Assembly: GCA_964057225.1 (NCBI GenBank)
Contig: OZ059900.1
Span: forward strand, 23,746,001 to 23,810,000
DNA: 64,000 nt
From: Auanema rhodensis
Lineage: Eukaryota; Animalia; Nematoda
Direction of reading: 5' to 3'
This document shows, piece by piece, positions 14,793-29,500 of the stretch. Positions within the stretch are counted from its first letter, which is position 1. Each line of letters opens with the position of its first letter. Both the position numbers and the translations under genes were made by a program. Below the pieces are notes generated by a model. That model was not told the origin of the DNA. It did no database searches and saw nothing but the letters and a program-made list of their open reading frames with translations.

Positions 14793-14810
14793 TATTTCTC
14801 ATGAGAAATA
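14793..14810. other. Perfect 18-bp palindrome TATTTCTCATGAGAAATA (G114A monomers; one mismatch in consensus monomers)
   Basis: The sequence equals its own reverse complement; monomer positions 103-120. Confidence 0.95.
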
Positions 14811-15032
14811 CTGTGTTTTTGTATTTTTCTAGTGTTCAGCATGTAAAATGCTTCATTTTAGTATGTAACACGCTGAAATTCGTTGCATTTGACGACTCAT
14901 ATGAACAAAAATCGTTTAAATCAATATTAGCCATAAGGGGCGTGCCCTCAGAATATGCTAATTTCCTTAATTTTCTAACCCCTGTTTTTTTGTCGTGAAA
15001 GTGGAACTAGACGTTGTACAAACAATTTTGAG

Positions 15033-18000
15033 CTAGGTTTCATTGACATTGCATGAGTTTGAACACATGAAATCGTAAGTCAAATCCTTGTTTACAGCGA
15101 AATTTCCAAAAACTGGTTTTCCAGCATAATAAAATATTTCTCATGAGAAATACTGTGTTTTTGTATTTTTCTAGTGTTCAGCATGTAAAATGCTTCATTT
15201 TAGTATGTAACACGCTGAAATTCGTTGCATTTGACGACTCATATGAACAAAAATCGTTTAAATCAATATTAGCCATAAGGGGCGTGCCCTCAGAATATGC
15301 TAATTTCCTTAATTTTCTAACCCCTGTTTTTTTGTCGTGAAAGTGGAACTAGACGTTGTACAAACAATTTTGAGCTAGGTTTCATTGACATTGCATGAGT
15401 TTGAACACATGAAATCGTAAGTCAAATCCTTGTTTACAGCGAAATTTCCAAAAACTGGTTTTCCAGCATAATAAAATATTTCTCATGGGAAATACTGTGT
15501 TTTTGTATTTTTCTAGTGTTCAGCATGTGAAATGCTTCATTTTAGTATGTAACACGCTGAAATTCGTTGCATTTGACGACTCATATGAACAAAAATCGTT
15601 TAAATCAATATTAGCCATAAGGGGCGTGCCCTCAGAATATGCTAATTTCCTTAATTTTCTAACCCCTGTTTTTTTGTCGTGAAAGTGGAACTAGACGTTG
15701 TACAAACAATTTTGAGCTAGGTTTCATTGACATTGCATGAGTTTGAACACATGAAATCGTAAGTCAAAACCTTGTTTACAGCGAAATTTCCAAAAACTGT
15801 TTTTCCAGCATAATAAAATATTTCTCATGGGAAATACTGTGTTTTTGTACTTTTCTAGTGTTCAGCATGTAAAATGCTTCATTTTAGTATGTAACACGCT
15901 GAAATTCGTTGCATTTGACGACTCATATGAACAAAAATCGATTTAATCAAAATTAGCTATAAGGGGCGTGCCCTCAGAATATGCTAATTTCCTTAATTTT
16001 CTAACCCCTGTTTTTTGTCGTGAAAGTGGAACTAGACGTTGTAGGAACAATTTTGAGCTAGGTTTCATTGACATTGCATGAGTTTGAACACATGAAATCG
16101 TAAGTCAAAACCTTGTTTACAGCGAAATTTCCAAAAACTGGTTTTCCAGCATAATAAAATATTTCTCATGGGAAAAACTGTGTTTTCGTATTTTTCTAGT
16201 GTTCAGCATGTAAAATGCTTCATTTTAGTATGTAACACGCTGAAATTCGTTGCATTTGACGACTCATATGAACAAAAATCGATTTAATCAATATTAGCCA
16301 TAAGGGGCGTGCCCTCAGAATATGCTAATTTCCTTAATTTTCTAACCCCTGTTTTTTGTCGTGAAAGTGGAACTAGACGTTGTAGGAACAATTTTGAGCT
16401 AGGTTTCATTGACATTGCATGAGTTTGAACACATGAAATCGTAAGTCAAAACCTTGTTTACAGCGAAATTTCCAAAAACTGGTTTTCCAGCATAATAAAA
16501 TATTTCTCATGGGAAATACTGTGTTTTTGTATTTTTCTAGTGTTCAGCATGTAAAATACTTCATTTGAGTATGTAACACGCTGAAATTCGTTGCATTTGA
16601 CGACTCATATGAACAAAAATCGATTTAATCAATATTAGCCATAAGGGGCGTGCCCTCAGAATATGCTAATTTCCTAAATTTTCTAACCCCTGTTTTTTTG
16701 TCGTGAAAGTGGAACTAGACGTTGTAAGAACAATTTTGAGCTAGGTTTCATTGACATTGCATGAGTTTGAACACATGAAATCGTAAGTCAAACCTTGTTT
16801 ACAGCGAAATTTCCAAAAACTGGTTTTCCAGCATAATAAAATATTTCTCATGGGAAATACTGTGTTTTTGTATTTTTCTAGTGTTCAGCATGTGAAATGC
16901 TTCATTTTAGTATGTAACACGCTGAAATTCGTTGCATTTGACTACTCATATGAACAAAAATCGATTTAATCAATATTAGCCATAAGGGGCGTGCCCTCAG
17001 AATATGCTAATTTCCTTAATTTTCTAACCCCTGTTTTTTTGTCGTGAAAGTGGAACTAGACGTTGTACAAACAATTTTGAGCTAGGTTTCATTGACATTG
17101 CATGAGTTTGAACACATGAAATCGTAAGTCAAAACCTCGTTTACAGCGAAAATTCCAAAAACTGGTTTTCCAGCATAATAAAATATTTCTCATGAGAAAT
17201 ACTGTGTTTTTGTATTTTTCTAGTGTTCAGCATGTAAAATGCTTCATTTTAGTATGTAACACGCTGAAATTCGTTGCATTTGACGACTCATATGAACAAA
17301 AATCGTTTAAATCAATATTAGCCATAAGGGGCGTGCCCTCAGAATATGCTAATTTCCTTAATTTTCTAACCCCTGTTTTTTTGTCGTGAAAGTGGAACTA
17401 GACGTTGTACAAACAATTTTGAGCTAGGTTTCATTGACATTGCATGAGTTTGAACACATGAAATCGTAAGTCAAATCCTTGTTTACAGCGAAATTTCCAA
17501 AAACTGGTTTTCCAGCATAATAAAATATTTCTCATGGGAAATACTGTGTTTTTGTATTTTTCTAGTGTTCAGCATGTGAAATGCTTCATTTTAGTATGTA
17601 ACACGCTGAAATTCGTTGCATTTGACGACTCATATGAACAAAAATCGTTTAAATCAATATTAGCCATAAGGGGCGTGCCCTCAGAATATGCTAATTTCCT
17701 TAATTTTCTAACCCCTGTTTTTTTGTCGTGAAAGTGGAACTAGACGTTGTACAAACAATTTTGAGCTAGGTTTCATTGACATTGCATGAGTTTGAACACA
17801 TGAAATCGTAAGTCAAAACCTTGTTTACCGCGAAATTTCCAAAAACTGTTTTTCCAGCATAATAAAATATTTCTCATGGGAAATACTGTGTTTTTGTACT
17901 TTTCTAGTGTTCAGCATGTAAAATGCTTCATTTTAGTATGTAACACGCTGAAATTCGTTGCATTTGACTACTCATATGAACAAAAATCGATTTAATCAAT

Positions 18001-21000
18001 ATTAGCCATAAGGGGCGTGCCCTCAGAATATGCTAATTTCCTTAATTTTCTAACCCCTGTTTTTTTGTCGTGAAAGTGGAACTAGACGTTGTACAAACAA
18101 TTTTGAGCTAGGTTTCATTGACATTGCATGAGTTTGAACACATGAAATCGTAAGTCAAAACCTCGTTTACAGCGAAAATTCCAAAAACTGGTTTTCCAGC
18201 ATAATAAAATATTTCTCATGAGAAATACTGTGTTTTTGTATTTTTCTAGTGTTCAGCATGTAAAATGCTTCATTTTAGTATGTAACACGCTGAAATTCGT
18301 TGCATTTGACGACTCATATGAACAAAAATCGTTTAAATCAATATTAGCCATAAGGGGCGTGCCCTCAGAATATGCTAATTTCCTTAATTTTCTAACCCCT
18401 GTTTTTTTGTCGTGAAAGTGGAACTAGACGTTGTACAAACAATTTTGAGCTAGGTTTCATTGACATTGCATGAGTTTGAACACATGAAATCGTAAGTCAA
18501 AACCTTGTTTACAGCGAAATTTCCAAAAACTGGTTTTCCAGCATAATAAAATATTTCTCATGGGAAAAACTGTGTTTTCGTATTTTTCTAGTGTTCAGCA
18601 TGTAAAATGCTTCATTTTAGTATGTAACACGCTGAAATTCGTTGCATTTGACGACTCATATGAACAAAAATCGATTTAATCAATATTAGCCATAAGGGGC
18701 GTGCCCTCAGAATATGCTAATTTCCTTAATTTTCTAACCCCTGTTTTTTGTCGTGAAAGTGGAACTAGACGTTGTAGGAACAATTTTGAGCTAGGTTTCA
18801 TTGACATTGCATGAGTTTGAACACATGAAATCGTAAGTCAAAACCTTGTTTACAGCGAAATTTCCAAAAACTGGTTTTCCAGCATAATGAAATATTTCTC
18901 ATGGGAAGTACTGTGTTTTTGTATTTTTCTAGTGTTCAGCATGTAAAATACTTCATTTGAGTATGTAACACGCTGAAATTCGTTGCATTTGACGACTCAT
19001 ATGAACAAAAATCGATTTAATCAATATTAGCCATAAAGGGCGTGCCCTCAGAATATGCTAATTTCCTTAATTTTCTAACCCCTGTTTTTTTGTCGTGAAA
19101 GTGGAACTAGACGTTGTACAAACAATTTTGAGCTAGGTTTCATTGACATTGCATGAGTTTGAACACATGAAATCGTAAGTCAAATCCTTGTTTACAGCGA
19201 AATTTCCAAAAACTGGTTTTCCAGCATAATAAAATATTTCTCATGAGAAATACTGTGTTTTTGTATTTTTCTAGTGTTCAGCATGTAAAATGCTTCATTT
19301 TAGTATGTAACACGCTGAAATTCGTTGCATTTGACGACTCATATGAACAAAAATCGTTTAAATCAATATTAGCCATAAGGGGCGTGCCCTCAGAATATGC
19401 TAATTTCCTTAATTTTCTAACCCCTGTTTTTTTGTCGTGAAAGTGGAACTAGACGTTGTACAAACAATTTTGAGCTAGGTTTCATTGACATTGCATGAGT
19501 TTGAACACATGAAATCGTAAGTCAAATCCTTGTTTACAGCGAAATTTCCAAAAACTGGTTTTCCAGCATAATAAAATATTTCTCATGGGAAATACTGTGT
19601 TTTTGTATTTTTCTAGTGTTCAGCATGTGAAATGCTTCATTTTAGTATGTAACACGCTGAAATTCGTTGCATTTGACGACTCATATGAACAAAAATCGTT
19701 TAAATCAATATTAGCCATAAGGGGCGTGCCCTCAGAATATGCTAATTTCCTTAATTTTCTAACCCCTGTTTTTTTGTCGTGAAAGTGGAACTAGACGTTG
19801 TACAAACAATTTTGAGCTAGGTTTCATTGACATTGCATGAGTTTGAACACATGAAATCGTAAGTCAAAACCTTGTTTACAGCGAAATTTCCAAAAACTGT
19901 TTTTCCAGCATAATAAAATATTTCTCATGGGAAATACTGTGTTTTTGTACTTTTCTAGTGTTCAGCATGTAAAATGCTTCATTTTAGTATGTAACACGCT
20001 GAAATTCGTTGCATTTGACGACTCATATGAACAAAAATCGATTTAATCAAAATTAGCTATAAGGGGCGTGCCCTCAGAATATGCTAATTTCCTTAATTTT
20101 CTAACCCCTGTTTTTTGTCGTGAAAGTGGAACTAGACGTTGTAGGAACAATTTTGAGCTAGGTTTCATTGACATTGCATGAGTTTGAACACATGAAATCG
20201 TAAGTCAAAACCTTGTTTACAGCGAAATTTCCAAAAACTGGTTTTCCAGCATAATAAAATATTTCTCATGGGAAAAACTGTGTTTTCGTATTTTTCTAGT
20301 GTTCAGCATGTAAAATGCTTCATTTTAGTATGTAACACGCTGAAATTCGTTGCATTTGACGACTCATATGAACAAAAATCGATTTAATCAATATTAGCCA
20401 TAAGGGGCGTGCCCTCAGAATATGCTAATTTCCTTAATTTTCTAACCCCTGTTTTTTGTCGTGAAAGTGGAACTAGACGTTGTAGGAACAATTTTGAGCT
20501 AGGTTTCATTGACATTGCATGAGTTTGAACACATGAAATCGTAAGTCAAAACCTTGTTTACAGCGAAATTTCCAAAAACTGGTTTTCCAGCATAATAAAA
20601 TATTTCTCATGGGAAATACTGTGTTTTTGTATTTTTCTAGTGTTCAGCATGTAAAATACTTCATTTGAGTATGTAACACGCTGAAATTCGTTGCATTTGA
20701 CGACTCATATGAACAAAAATCGATTTAATCAATATTAGCCATAAGGGGCGTGCCCTCAGAATATGCTAATTTCCTAAATTTTCTAACCCCTGTTTTTTTG
20801 TCGTGAAAGTGGAACTAGACGTTGTAAGAACAATTTTGAGCTAGGTTTCATTGACATTGCATGAGTTTGAACACATGAAATCGTAAGTCAAACCTTGTTT
20901 ACAGCGAAATTTCCAAAAACTGGTTTTCCAGCATAATAAAATATTTCTCATGGGAAATACTGTGTTTTTGTATTTTTCTAGTGTTCAGCATGTGAAATGC

Positions 21001-23232
21001 TTCATTTTAGTATGTAACACGCTGAAATTCGTTGCATTTGACTACTCATATGAACAAAAATCGATTTAATCAATATTAGCCATAAGGGGCGTGCCCTCAG
21101 AATATGCTAATTTCCTTAATTTTCTAACCCCTGTTTTTTTGTCGTGAAAGTGGAACTAGACGTTGTACAAACAATTTTGAGCTAGGTTTCATTGACATTG
21201 CATGAGTTTGAACACATGAAATCGTAAGTCAAAACCTCGTTTACAGCGAAAATTCCAAAAACTGGTTTTCCAGCATAATAAAATATTTCTCATGAGAAAT
21301 ACTGTGTTTTTGTATTTTTCTAGTGTTCAGCATGTAAAATGCTTCATTTTAGTATGTAACACGCTGAAATTCGTTGCATTTGACGACTCATATGAACAAA
21401 AATCGTTTAAATCAATATTAGCCATAAGGGGCGTGCCCTCAGAATATGCTAATTTCCTTAATTTTCTAACCCCTGTTTTTTTGTCGTGAAAGTGGAACTA
21501 GACGTTGTACAAACAATTTTGAGCTAGGTTTCATTGACATTGCATGAGTTTGAACACATGAAATCGTAAGTCAAATCCTTGTTTACAGCGAAATTTCCAA
21601 AAACTGGTTTTCCAGCATAATAAAATATTTCTCATGGGAAATACTGTGTTTTTGTATTTTTCTAGTGTTCAGCATGTGAAATGCTTCATTTTAGTATGTA
21701 ACACGCTGAAATTCGTTGCATTTGACGACTCATATGAACAAAAATCGTTTAAATCAATATTAGCCATAAGGGGCGTGCCCTCAGAATATGCTAATTTCCT
21801 TAATTTTCTAACCCCTGTTTTTTTGTCGTGAAAGTGGAACTAGACGTTGTACAAACAATTTTGAGCTAGGTTTCATTGACATTGCATGAGTTTGAACACA
21901 TGAAATCGTAAGTCAAAACCTTGTTTACAGCGAAATTTCCAAAAACTGTTTTTCCAGCATAATAAAATATTTCTCATGGGAAATACTGTGTTTTTGTACT
22001 TTTCTAGTGTTCAGCATGTAAAATGCTTCATTTTAGTATGTAACACGCTGAAATTCGTTGCATTTGACTACTCATATGAACAAAAATCGATTTAATCAAT
22101 ATTAGCCATAAGGGGCGTGCCCTCAGAATATGCTAATTTCCTTAATTTTCTAACCCCTGTTTTTTTGTCGTGAAAGTGGAACTAGACGTTGTACAAACAA
22201 TTTTGAGCTAGGTTTCATTGACATTGCATGAGTTTGAACACATGAAATCGTAAGTCAAAACCTCGTTTACAGCGAAAATTCCAAAAACTGGTTTTCCAGC
22301 ATAATAAAATATTTCTCATGAGAAATACTGTGTTTTTGTATTTTTCTAGTGTTCAGCATGTAAAATGCTTCATTTTAGTATGTAACACGCTGAAATTCGT
22401 TGCATTTGACGACTCATATGAACAAAAATCGTTTAAATCAATATTAGCCATAAGGGGCGTGCCCTCAGAATATGCTAATTTCCTTAATTTTCTAACCCCT
22501 GTTTTTTTGTCGTGAAAGTGGAACTAGACGTTGTACAAACAATTTTGAGCTAGGTTTCATTGACATTGCATGAGTTTGAACACATGAAATCGTAAGTCAA
22601 AACCTTGTTTACAGCGAAATTTCCAAAAACTGGTTTTCCAGCATAATAAAATATTTCTCATGGGAAAAACTGTGTTTTCGTATTTTTCTAGTGTTCAGCA
22701 TGTAAAATGCTTCATTTTAGTATGTAACACGCTGAAATTCGTTGCATTTGACGACTCATATGAACAAAAATCGATTTAATCAATATTAGCCATAAGGGGC
22801 GTGCCCTCAGAATATGCTAATTTCCTTAATTTTCTAACCCCTGTTTTTTGTCGTGAAAGTGGAACTAGACGTTGTAGGAACAATTTTGAGCTAGGTTTCA
22901 TTGACATTGCATGAGTTTGAACACATGAAATCGTAAGTCAAAACCTTGTTTACAGCGAAATTTCCAAAAACTGGTTTTCCAGCATAATGAAATATTTCTC
23001 ATGGGAAGTACTGTGTTTTTGTATTTTTCTAGTGTTCAGCATGTAAAATACTTCATTTGAGTATGTAACACGCTGAAATTCGTTGCATTTGACGACTCAT
23101 ATGAACAAAAATCGATTTAATCAATATTAGCCATAAGGGGCGTGCCCTCAGAATATGCTAATTTCCTAAATTTTCTAACCCCTGTTTTTTTGTCGTGAAA
23201 GTGGAACTAGACGTTGTAAGAACAATTTTGAG
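15033..23232 (+). repeat. Tandem duplication of a 12-monomer, 4100-bp block (15033-19132 / 19133-23232)
   Basis: Monomer-type order is identical, including the rare A99G+A118G monomer (18791, 22891). ORFs at 15143, 15485, 17192, 17534, 18218 recur at exactly +4100. Confidence 0.9.
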
Positions 23233-23573
23233 CTAGGTTTCATTGACATTGCATGAGTTTGAACACATGAAATCGTAAGTCAAACCTTGTTTACAGCGAA
23301 ATTTCCAAAAACTGGTTTTCCAGCATAATAAAATATTTCTCATGGGAAATACTGTGTTTTTGTATTTTTCTAGTGTTCAGCATGTGAAATGCTTCATTTT
23401 AGTATGTAACACGCTGAAATTCGTTGCATTTGACTACTCATATGAACAAAAATCGATTTAATCAATATTAGCCATAAGGGGCGTGCCCTCAGAATATGCT
23501 AATTTCCTTAATTTTCTAACCCCTGTTTTTTTGTCGTGAAAGTGGAACTAGACGTTGTACAAACAATTTTGAG

Positions 23574-26500
23574 CTAGGTTTCATTGACATTGCATGAGTT
23601 TGAACACATGAAATCGTAAGTCAAAACCTCGTTTACAGCGAAAATTCCAAAAACTGGTTTTCCAGCATAATAAAATATTTCTCATGAGAAATACTGTGTT
23701 TTTGTATTTTTCTAGTGTTCAGCATGTAAAATGCTTCATTTTAGTATGTAACACGCTGAAATTCGTTGCATTTGACGACTCATATGAACAAAAATCGTTT
23801 AAATCAATATTAGCCATAAGGGGCGTGCCCTCAGAATATGCTAATTTCCTTAATTTTCTAACCCCTGTTTTTTTGTCGTGAAAGTGGAACTAGACGTTGT
23901 ACAAACAATTTTGAGCTAGGTTTCATTGACATTGCATGAGTTTGAACACATGAAATCGTAAGTCAAATCCTTGTTTACAGCGAAATTTCCAAAAACTGGT
24001 TTTCCAGCATAATAAAATATTTCTCATGGGAAATACTGTGTTTTTGTATTTTTCTAGTGTTCAGCATGTGAAATGCTTCATTTTAGTATGTAACACGCTG
24101 AAATTCGTTGCATTTGACGACTCATATGAACAAAAATCGTTTAAATCAATATTAGCCATAAGGGGCGTGCCCTCAGAATATGCTAATTTCCTTAATTTTC
24201 TAACCCCTGTTTTTTTGTCGTGAAAGTGGAACTAGACGTTGTACAAACAATTTTGAGCTAGGTTTCATTGACATTGCATGAGTTTGAACACATGAAATCG
24301 TAAGTCAAAACCTTGTTTACAGCGAAATTTCCAAAAACTGTTTTTCCAGCATAATAAAATATTTCTCATGGGAAATACTGTGTTTTTGTACTTTTCTAGT
24401 GTTCAGCATGTAAAATGCTTCATTTTAGTATGTAACACGCTGAAATTCGTTGCATTTGACTACTCATATGAACAAAAATCGATTTAATCAATATTAGCCA
24501 TAAGGGGCGTGCCCTCAGAATATGCTAATTTCCTTAATTTTCTAACCCCTGTTTTTTTGTCGTGAAAGTGGAACTAGACGTTGTACAAACAATTTTGAGC
24601 TAGGTTTCATTGACATTGCATGAGTTTGAACACATGAAATCGTAAGTCAAAACCTCGTTTACAGCGAAAATTCCAAAAACTGGTTTTCCAGCATAATAAA
24701 ATATTTCTCATGAGAAATACTGTGTTTTTGTATTTTTCTAGTGTTCAGCATGTAAAATGCTTCATTTTAGTATGTAACACGCTGAAATTCGTTGCATTTG
24801 ACGACTCATATGAACAAAAATCGTTTAAATCAATATTAGCCATAAGGGGCGTGCCCTCAGAATATGCTAATTTCCTTAATTTTCTAACCCCTGTTTTTTT
24901 GTCGTGAAAGTGGAACTAGACGTTGTACAAACAATTTTGAGCTAGGTTTCATTGACATTGCATGAGTTTGAACACATGAAATCGTAAGTCAAAACCTTGT
25001 TTACAGCGAAATTTCCAAAAACTGGTTTTCCAGCATAATAAAATATTTCTCATGGGAAATACTGTGTTTTTGTATTTTTCTAGTGTTCAGCATGTGAAAT
25101 GCTTCATTTTAGTATGTAACACGCTGAAATTCGTTGCATTTGACGACTCATATGAACAAAAATCGTTTAAATCAATATTAGCCATAAGGGGCGTGCCCTC
25201 AGAATATGCTAATTTCCTTAATTTTCTAACCCCTGTTTTTTTGTCGTGAAAGTGGAACTAGACGTTGTACAAACAATTTTGAGCTAGGTTTCATTGACAT
25301 TGCATGAGTTTGAACACATGAAATCGTAAGTCAAAACCTTGTTTACAGCGAAATTTCCAAAAACTGTTTTTCCAGCATAATAAAATATTTCTCATGGGAA
25401 ATACTGTGTTTTTGTACTTTTCTAGTGTTCAGCATGTAAAATGCTTCATTTTAGTATGTAACACGCTGAAATTCGTTGCATTTGACTACTCATATGAACA
25501 AAAATCGATTTAATCAATATTAGCCATAAGGGGCGTGCCCTCAGAATATGCTAATTTCCTTAATTTTCTAACCCCTGTTTTTTTGTCGTGAAAGTGGAAC
25601 TAGACGTTGTACAAACAATTTTGAGCTAGGTTTCATTGACATTGCATGAGTTTGAACACATGAAATCGTAAGTCAAAACCTCGTTTACAGCGAAAATTCC
25701 AAAAACTGGTTTTCCAGCATAATAAAATATTTCTCATGAGAAATACTGTGTTTTTGTATTTTTCTAGTGTTCAGCATGTAAAATGCTTCATTTTAGTATG
25801 TAACACGCTGAAATTCGTTGCATTTGACGACTCATATGAACAAAAATCGTTTAAATCAATATTAGCCATAAGGGGCGTGCCCTCAGAATATGCTAATTTC
25901 CTTAATTTTCTAACCCCTGTTTTTTTGTCGTGAAAGTGGAACTAGACGTTGTACAAACAATTTTGAGCTAGGTTTCATTGACATTGCATGAGTTTGAACA
26001 CATGAAATCGTAAGTCAAAACCTTGTTTACAGCGAAATTTCCAAAAACTGGTTTTCCAGCATAATAAAATATTTCTCATGGGAAATACTGTGTTTTTGTA
26101 TTTTTCTAGTGTTCAGCATGTGAAATGCTTCATTTAAGTATGTAACACGCTGAAATTCGTTGCATTTGACGACTCATATGAACAAAAATCGTTTAAATCA
26201 ATATTAGCCATAAGGGGCGTGCCCTCAGAATATGCTAATTTCCTTAATTTTCTAACCCCTGTTTTTTTGTCGTGAAAGTGGAACTAGACGTTGTACAAAC
26301 AATTTTGAGCTAGGTTTCATTGACATTGCATGAGTTTGAACACATGAAATCGTAAGTCAAAACCTTGTTTACAGCGAAATTTCCAAAAACTGTTTTTCCA
26401 GCATAATAAAATATTTCTCATGGGAAATACTGTGTTTTTGTACTTTTCTAGTGTTCAGCATGTAAAATGGTTCATTTTAGTATGTAACACGCTGAAATTC

Positions 26501-29500
26501 GTTGCATTTGACTACTCATATGAACAAAAATCGATTTAATCAATATTAGCCATAAGGGGCGTGCCCTCAGAATATGCTAATTTCCTTAATTTTCTAACCC
26601 CTGTTTTTTTGTCGTGAAAGTGGAACTAAACGTTGTACAAACAATTTTGAGCTAGGTTTCATTGACATTGCATGAGTTTGAACACATGAAATCGTAAGTC
26701 AAAACCTTGTTTACAGCGAAATTTCCAAAAACTGTTTTTCCAGCATAATAAAATATTTCTCATGGGAAATACTGTGTTTTTGTACTTTTCTAGTGTTCAG
26801 CATGTAAAATGGTTCATTTTAGTATGTAACACGCTGAAATTCGTTGCATTTGACTACTCATATGAACAAAAATCGATTTAATCAATATTAGCCATAAGGG
26901 GCGTGCCCTCAGAATATGCTAATTTCCTTAATTTTCTAACCCCTGTTTTTTTGTCGTGAAAGTGGAACTAGACGTTGTACAAACAATTTTGAGCTAGGTT
27001 TCATTGACATTGCATGAGTTTGAACACATGAAATCGTAAGTCAAAACCTCGTTTACAGCGAAAATTCCAAAAACTGGTTTTCCAGCATAATAAAATATTT
27101 CTCATGAGAAATACTGTGTTTTTGTATTTTTCTAGTGTTCAGCATGTGAAATGCTTCATTTTAGTATGTAACACGCTGAAATTCGTTGCATTTGACGACT
27201 CATTTGAACAAAAATCGTTTAAATCAATATTAGCCATAAGGGGCGTGCCCTCAGAATATGCTAATTTCCTTAATTTTCTAACCCCTGTTTTTTTGTCGTG
27301 AAAGTGGAACTAGACGTTGTACAAACAATTTTGAGCTAGGTTTCATTGACATTGCATGAGTTTGAACACATGAAATCGTAAGTCAAATCCTTGTTTACAG
27401 CGAAATTTCCAAAAACTGGTTTTCCAGCATAATAAAATATTTCTCATGGGAAATACTGTGTTTTTGTATTTTTCTAGTGTTCAGCATGTGAAATGCTTCA
27501 TTTTAGTATGTAACACGCTGAAATTCGTTGCATTTGACGACTCATATGAACAAAAATCGTTTAAATCAATATTAGCCATAAGGGGCGTGCCCTCAGAATA
27601 TGCTAATTTCCTTAATTTTCTAACCCCTGTTTTTTTGTCGTGAAAGTGGAACTAGACGTTGTACAAACAATTTTGAGCTAGGTTTCATTGACATTGCATG
27701 AGTTTGAACACATGAAATCGTAAGTCAAAACCTTGTTTACAGCGAAATTTCCAAAAACTGTTTTTCCAGCATAATAAAATATTTCTCATGGGAAATACTG
27801 TGTTTTTGTACTTTTCTAGTGTTCAGCATGTAAAATGCTTCATTTTAGTATGTAACACGCTGAAATTCGTTGCATTTGACTACTCATATGAACAAAAATC
27901 GATTTAATCAATATTAGCCATAAGGGGCGTGCCCTCAGAATATGCTAATTTCCTTAATTTTCTAACCCCTGTTTTTTTGTCGTGAAAGTGGAACTAGACG
28001 TTGTACAAACAATTTTGAGCTAGGTTTCATTGACATTGCATGAGTTTGAACACATGAAATCGTAAGTCAAAACCTCGTTTACAGCGAAAATTCCAAAAAC
28101 TGGTTTTCCAGCATAATAAAATATTTCTCATGAGAAATACTGTGTTTTTGTATTTTTCTAGTGTTCAGCATGTAAAATGCTTCATTTTAGTATGTAACAC
28201 GCTGAAATTCGTTGCATTTGACGACTCATATGAACAAAAATCGTTTAAATCAATATTAGCCATAAGGGGCGTGCCCTCAGAATATGCTAATTTCCTTAAT
28301 TTTCTAACCCCTGTTTTTTTGTCGTGAAAGTGGAACTAGACGTTGTACAAACAATTTTGAGCTAGGTTTCATTGACATTGCATGAGTTTGAACACATGAA
28401 ATCGTAAGTCAAAACCTTGTTTACAGCGAAATTTCCAAAAACTGGTTTTCCAGCATAATAAAATATTTCTCATGGGAAATACTGTGTTTTTGTATTTTTC
28501 TAGTGTTCAGCATGTGAAATGCTTCATTTTAGTATGTAACACGCTGAAATTCGTTGCATTTGACGACTCATATGAACAAAAATCGTTTAAATCAATATTA
28601 GCCATAAGGGGCGTGCCCTCAGAATATGCTAATTTCCTTAATTTTCTAACCCCTGTTTTTTTGTCGTGAAAGTGGAACTAGACGTTGTACAAACAATTTT
28701 GAGCTAGGTTTCATTGACATTGCATGAGTTTGAACACATGAAATCGTAAGTCAAAACCTTGTTTACAGCGAAATTTCCAAAAACTGTTTTTCCAGCATAA
28801 TAAAATATTTCTAATGGGAAATACTGTGTTTTTGTACTTTTCTAGTGTTCAGCATGTAAAATGCTTCATTTTAGTATGTAACACGCTGAAATTCGTTGCA
28901 TTTGACTACTCATATGAACAAAAATCGATTTAATCAATATTAGCCATAAGGGGCGTGCCCTCAGAATATGCTAATTTCCTTAATTTTCTAACCCCTGTTT
29001 TTTTGTCGTGAAAGTGGAACTAGACGTTGTACAAACAATTTTGAGCTAGGTTTCATTGACATTGCATGAGTTTGAACACATGAAATCGTAAGTCAAAACC
29101 TCGTTTACAGCGAAAATTCCAAAAACTGGTTTTCCAGCATAATAAAATATTTCTCATGAGAAATACTGTGTTTTTGTATTTTTCTAGTGTTCAGCATGTA
29201 AAATGCTTCATTTTAGTATGTAACACGCTGAAATTCGTTGCATTTGACGACTCATATGAACAAAAATCGTTTAAATCAATATTAGCCATAAGGGGCGTGC
29301 CCTCAGAATATGCTAATTTCCTTAATTTTCTAACCCCTGTTTTTTTGTCGTGAAAGTGGAACTAGACGTTGTACAAACAATTTTGAGCTAGGTTTCATTG
29401 ACATTGCATGAGTTTGAACACATGAAATCGTAAGTCAAAACCTTGTTTACAGCGAAATTTCCAAAAACTGGTTTTCCAGCATAATAAAATATTTCTCATG

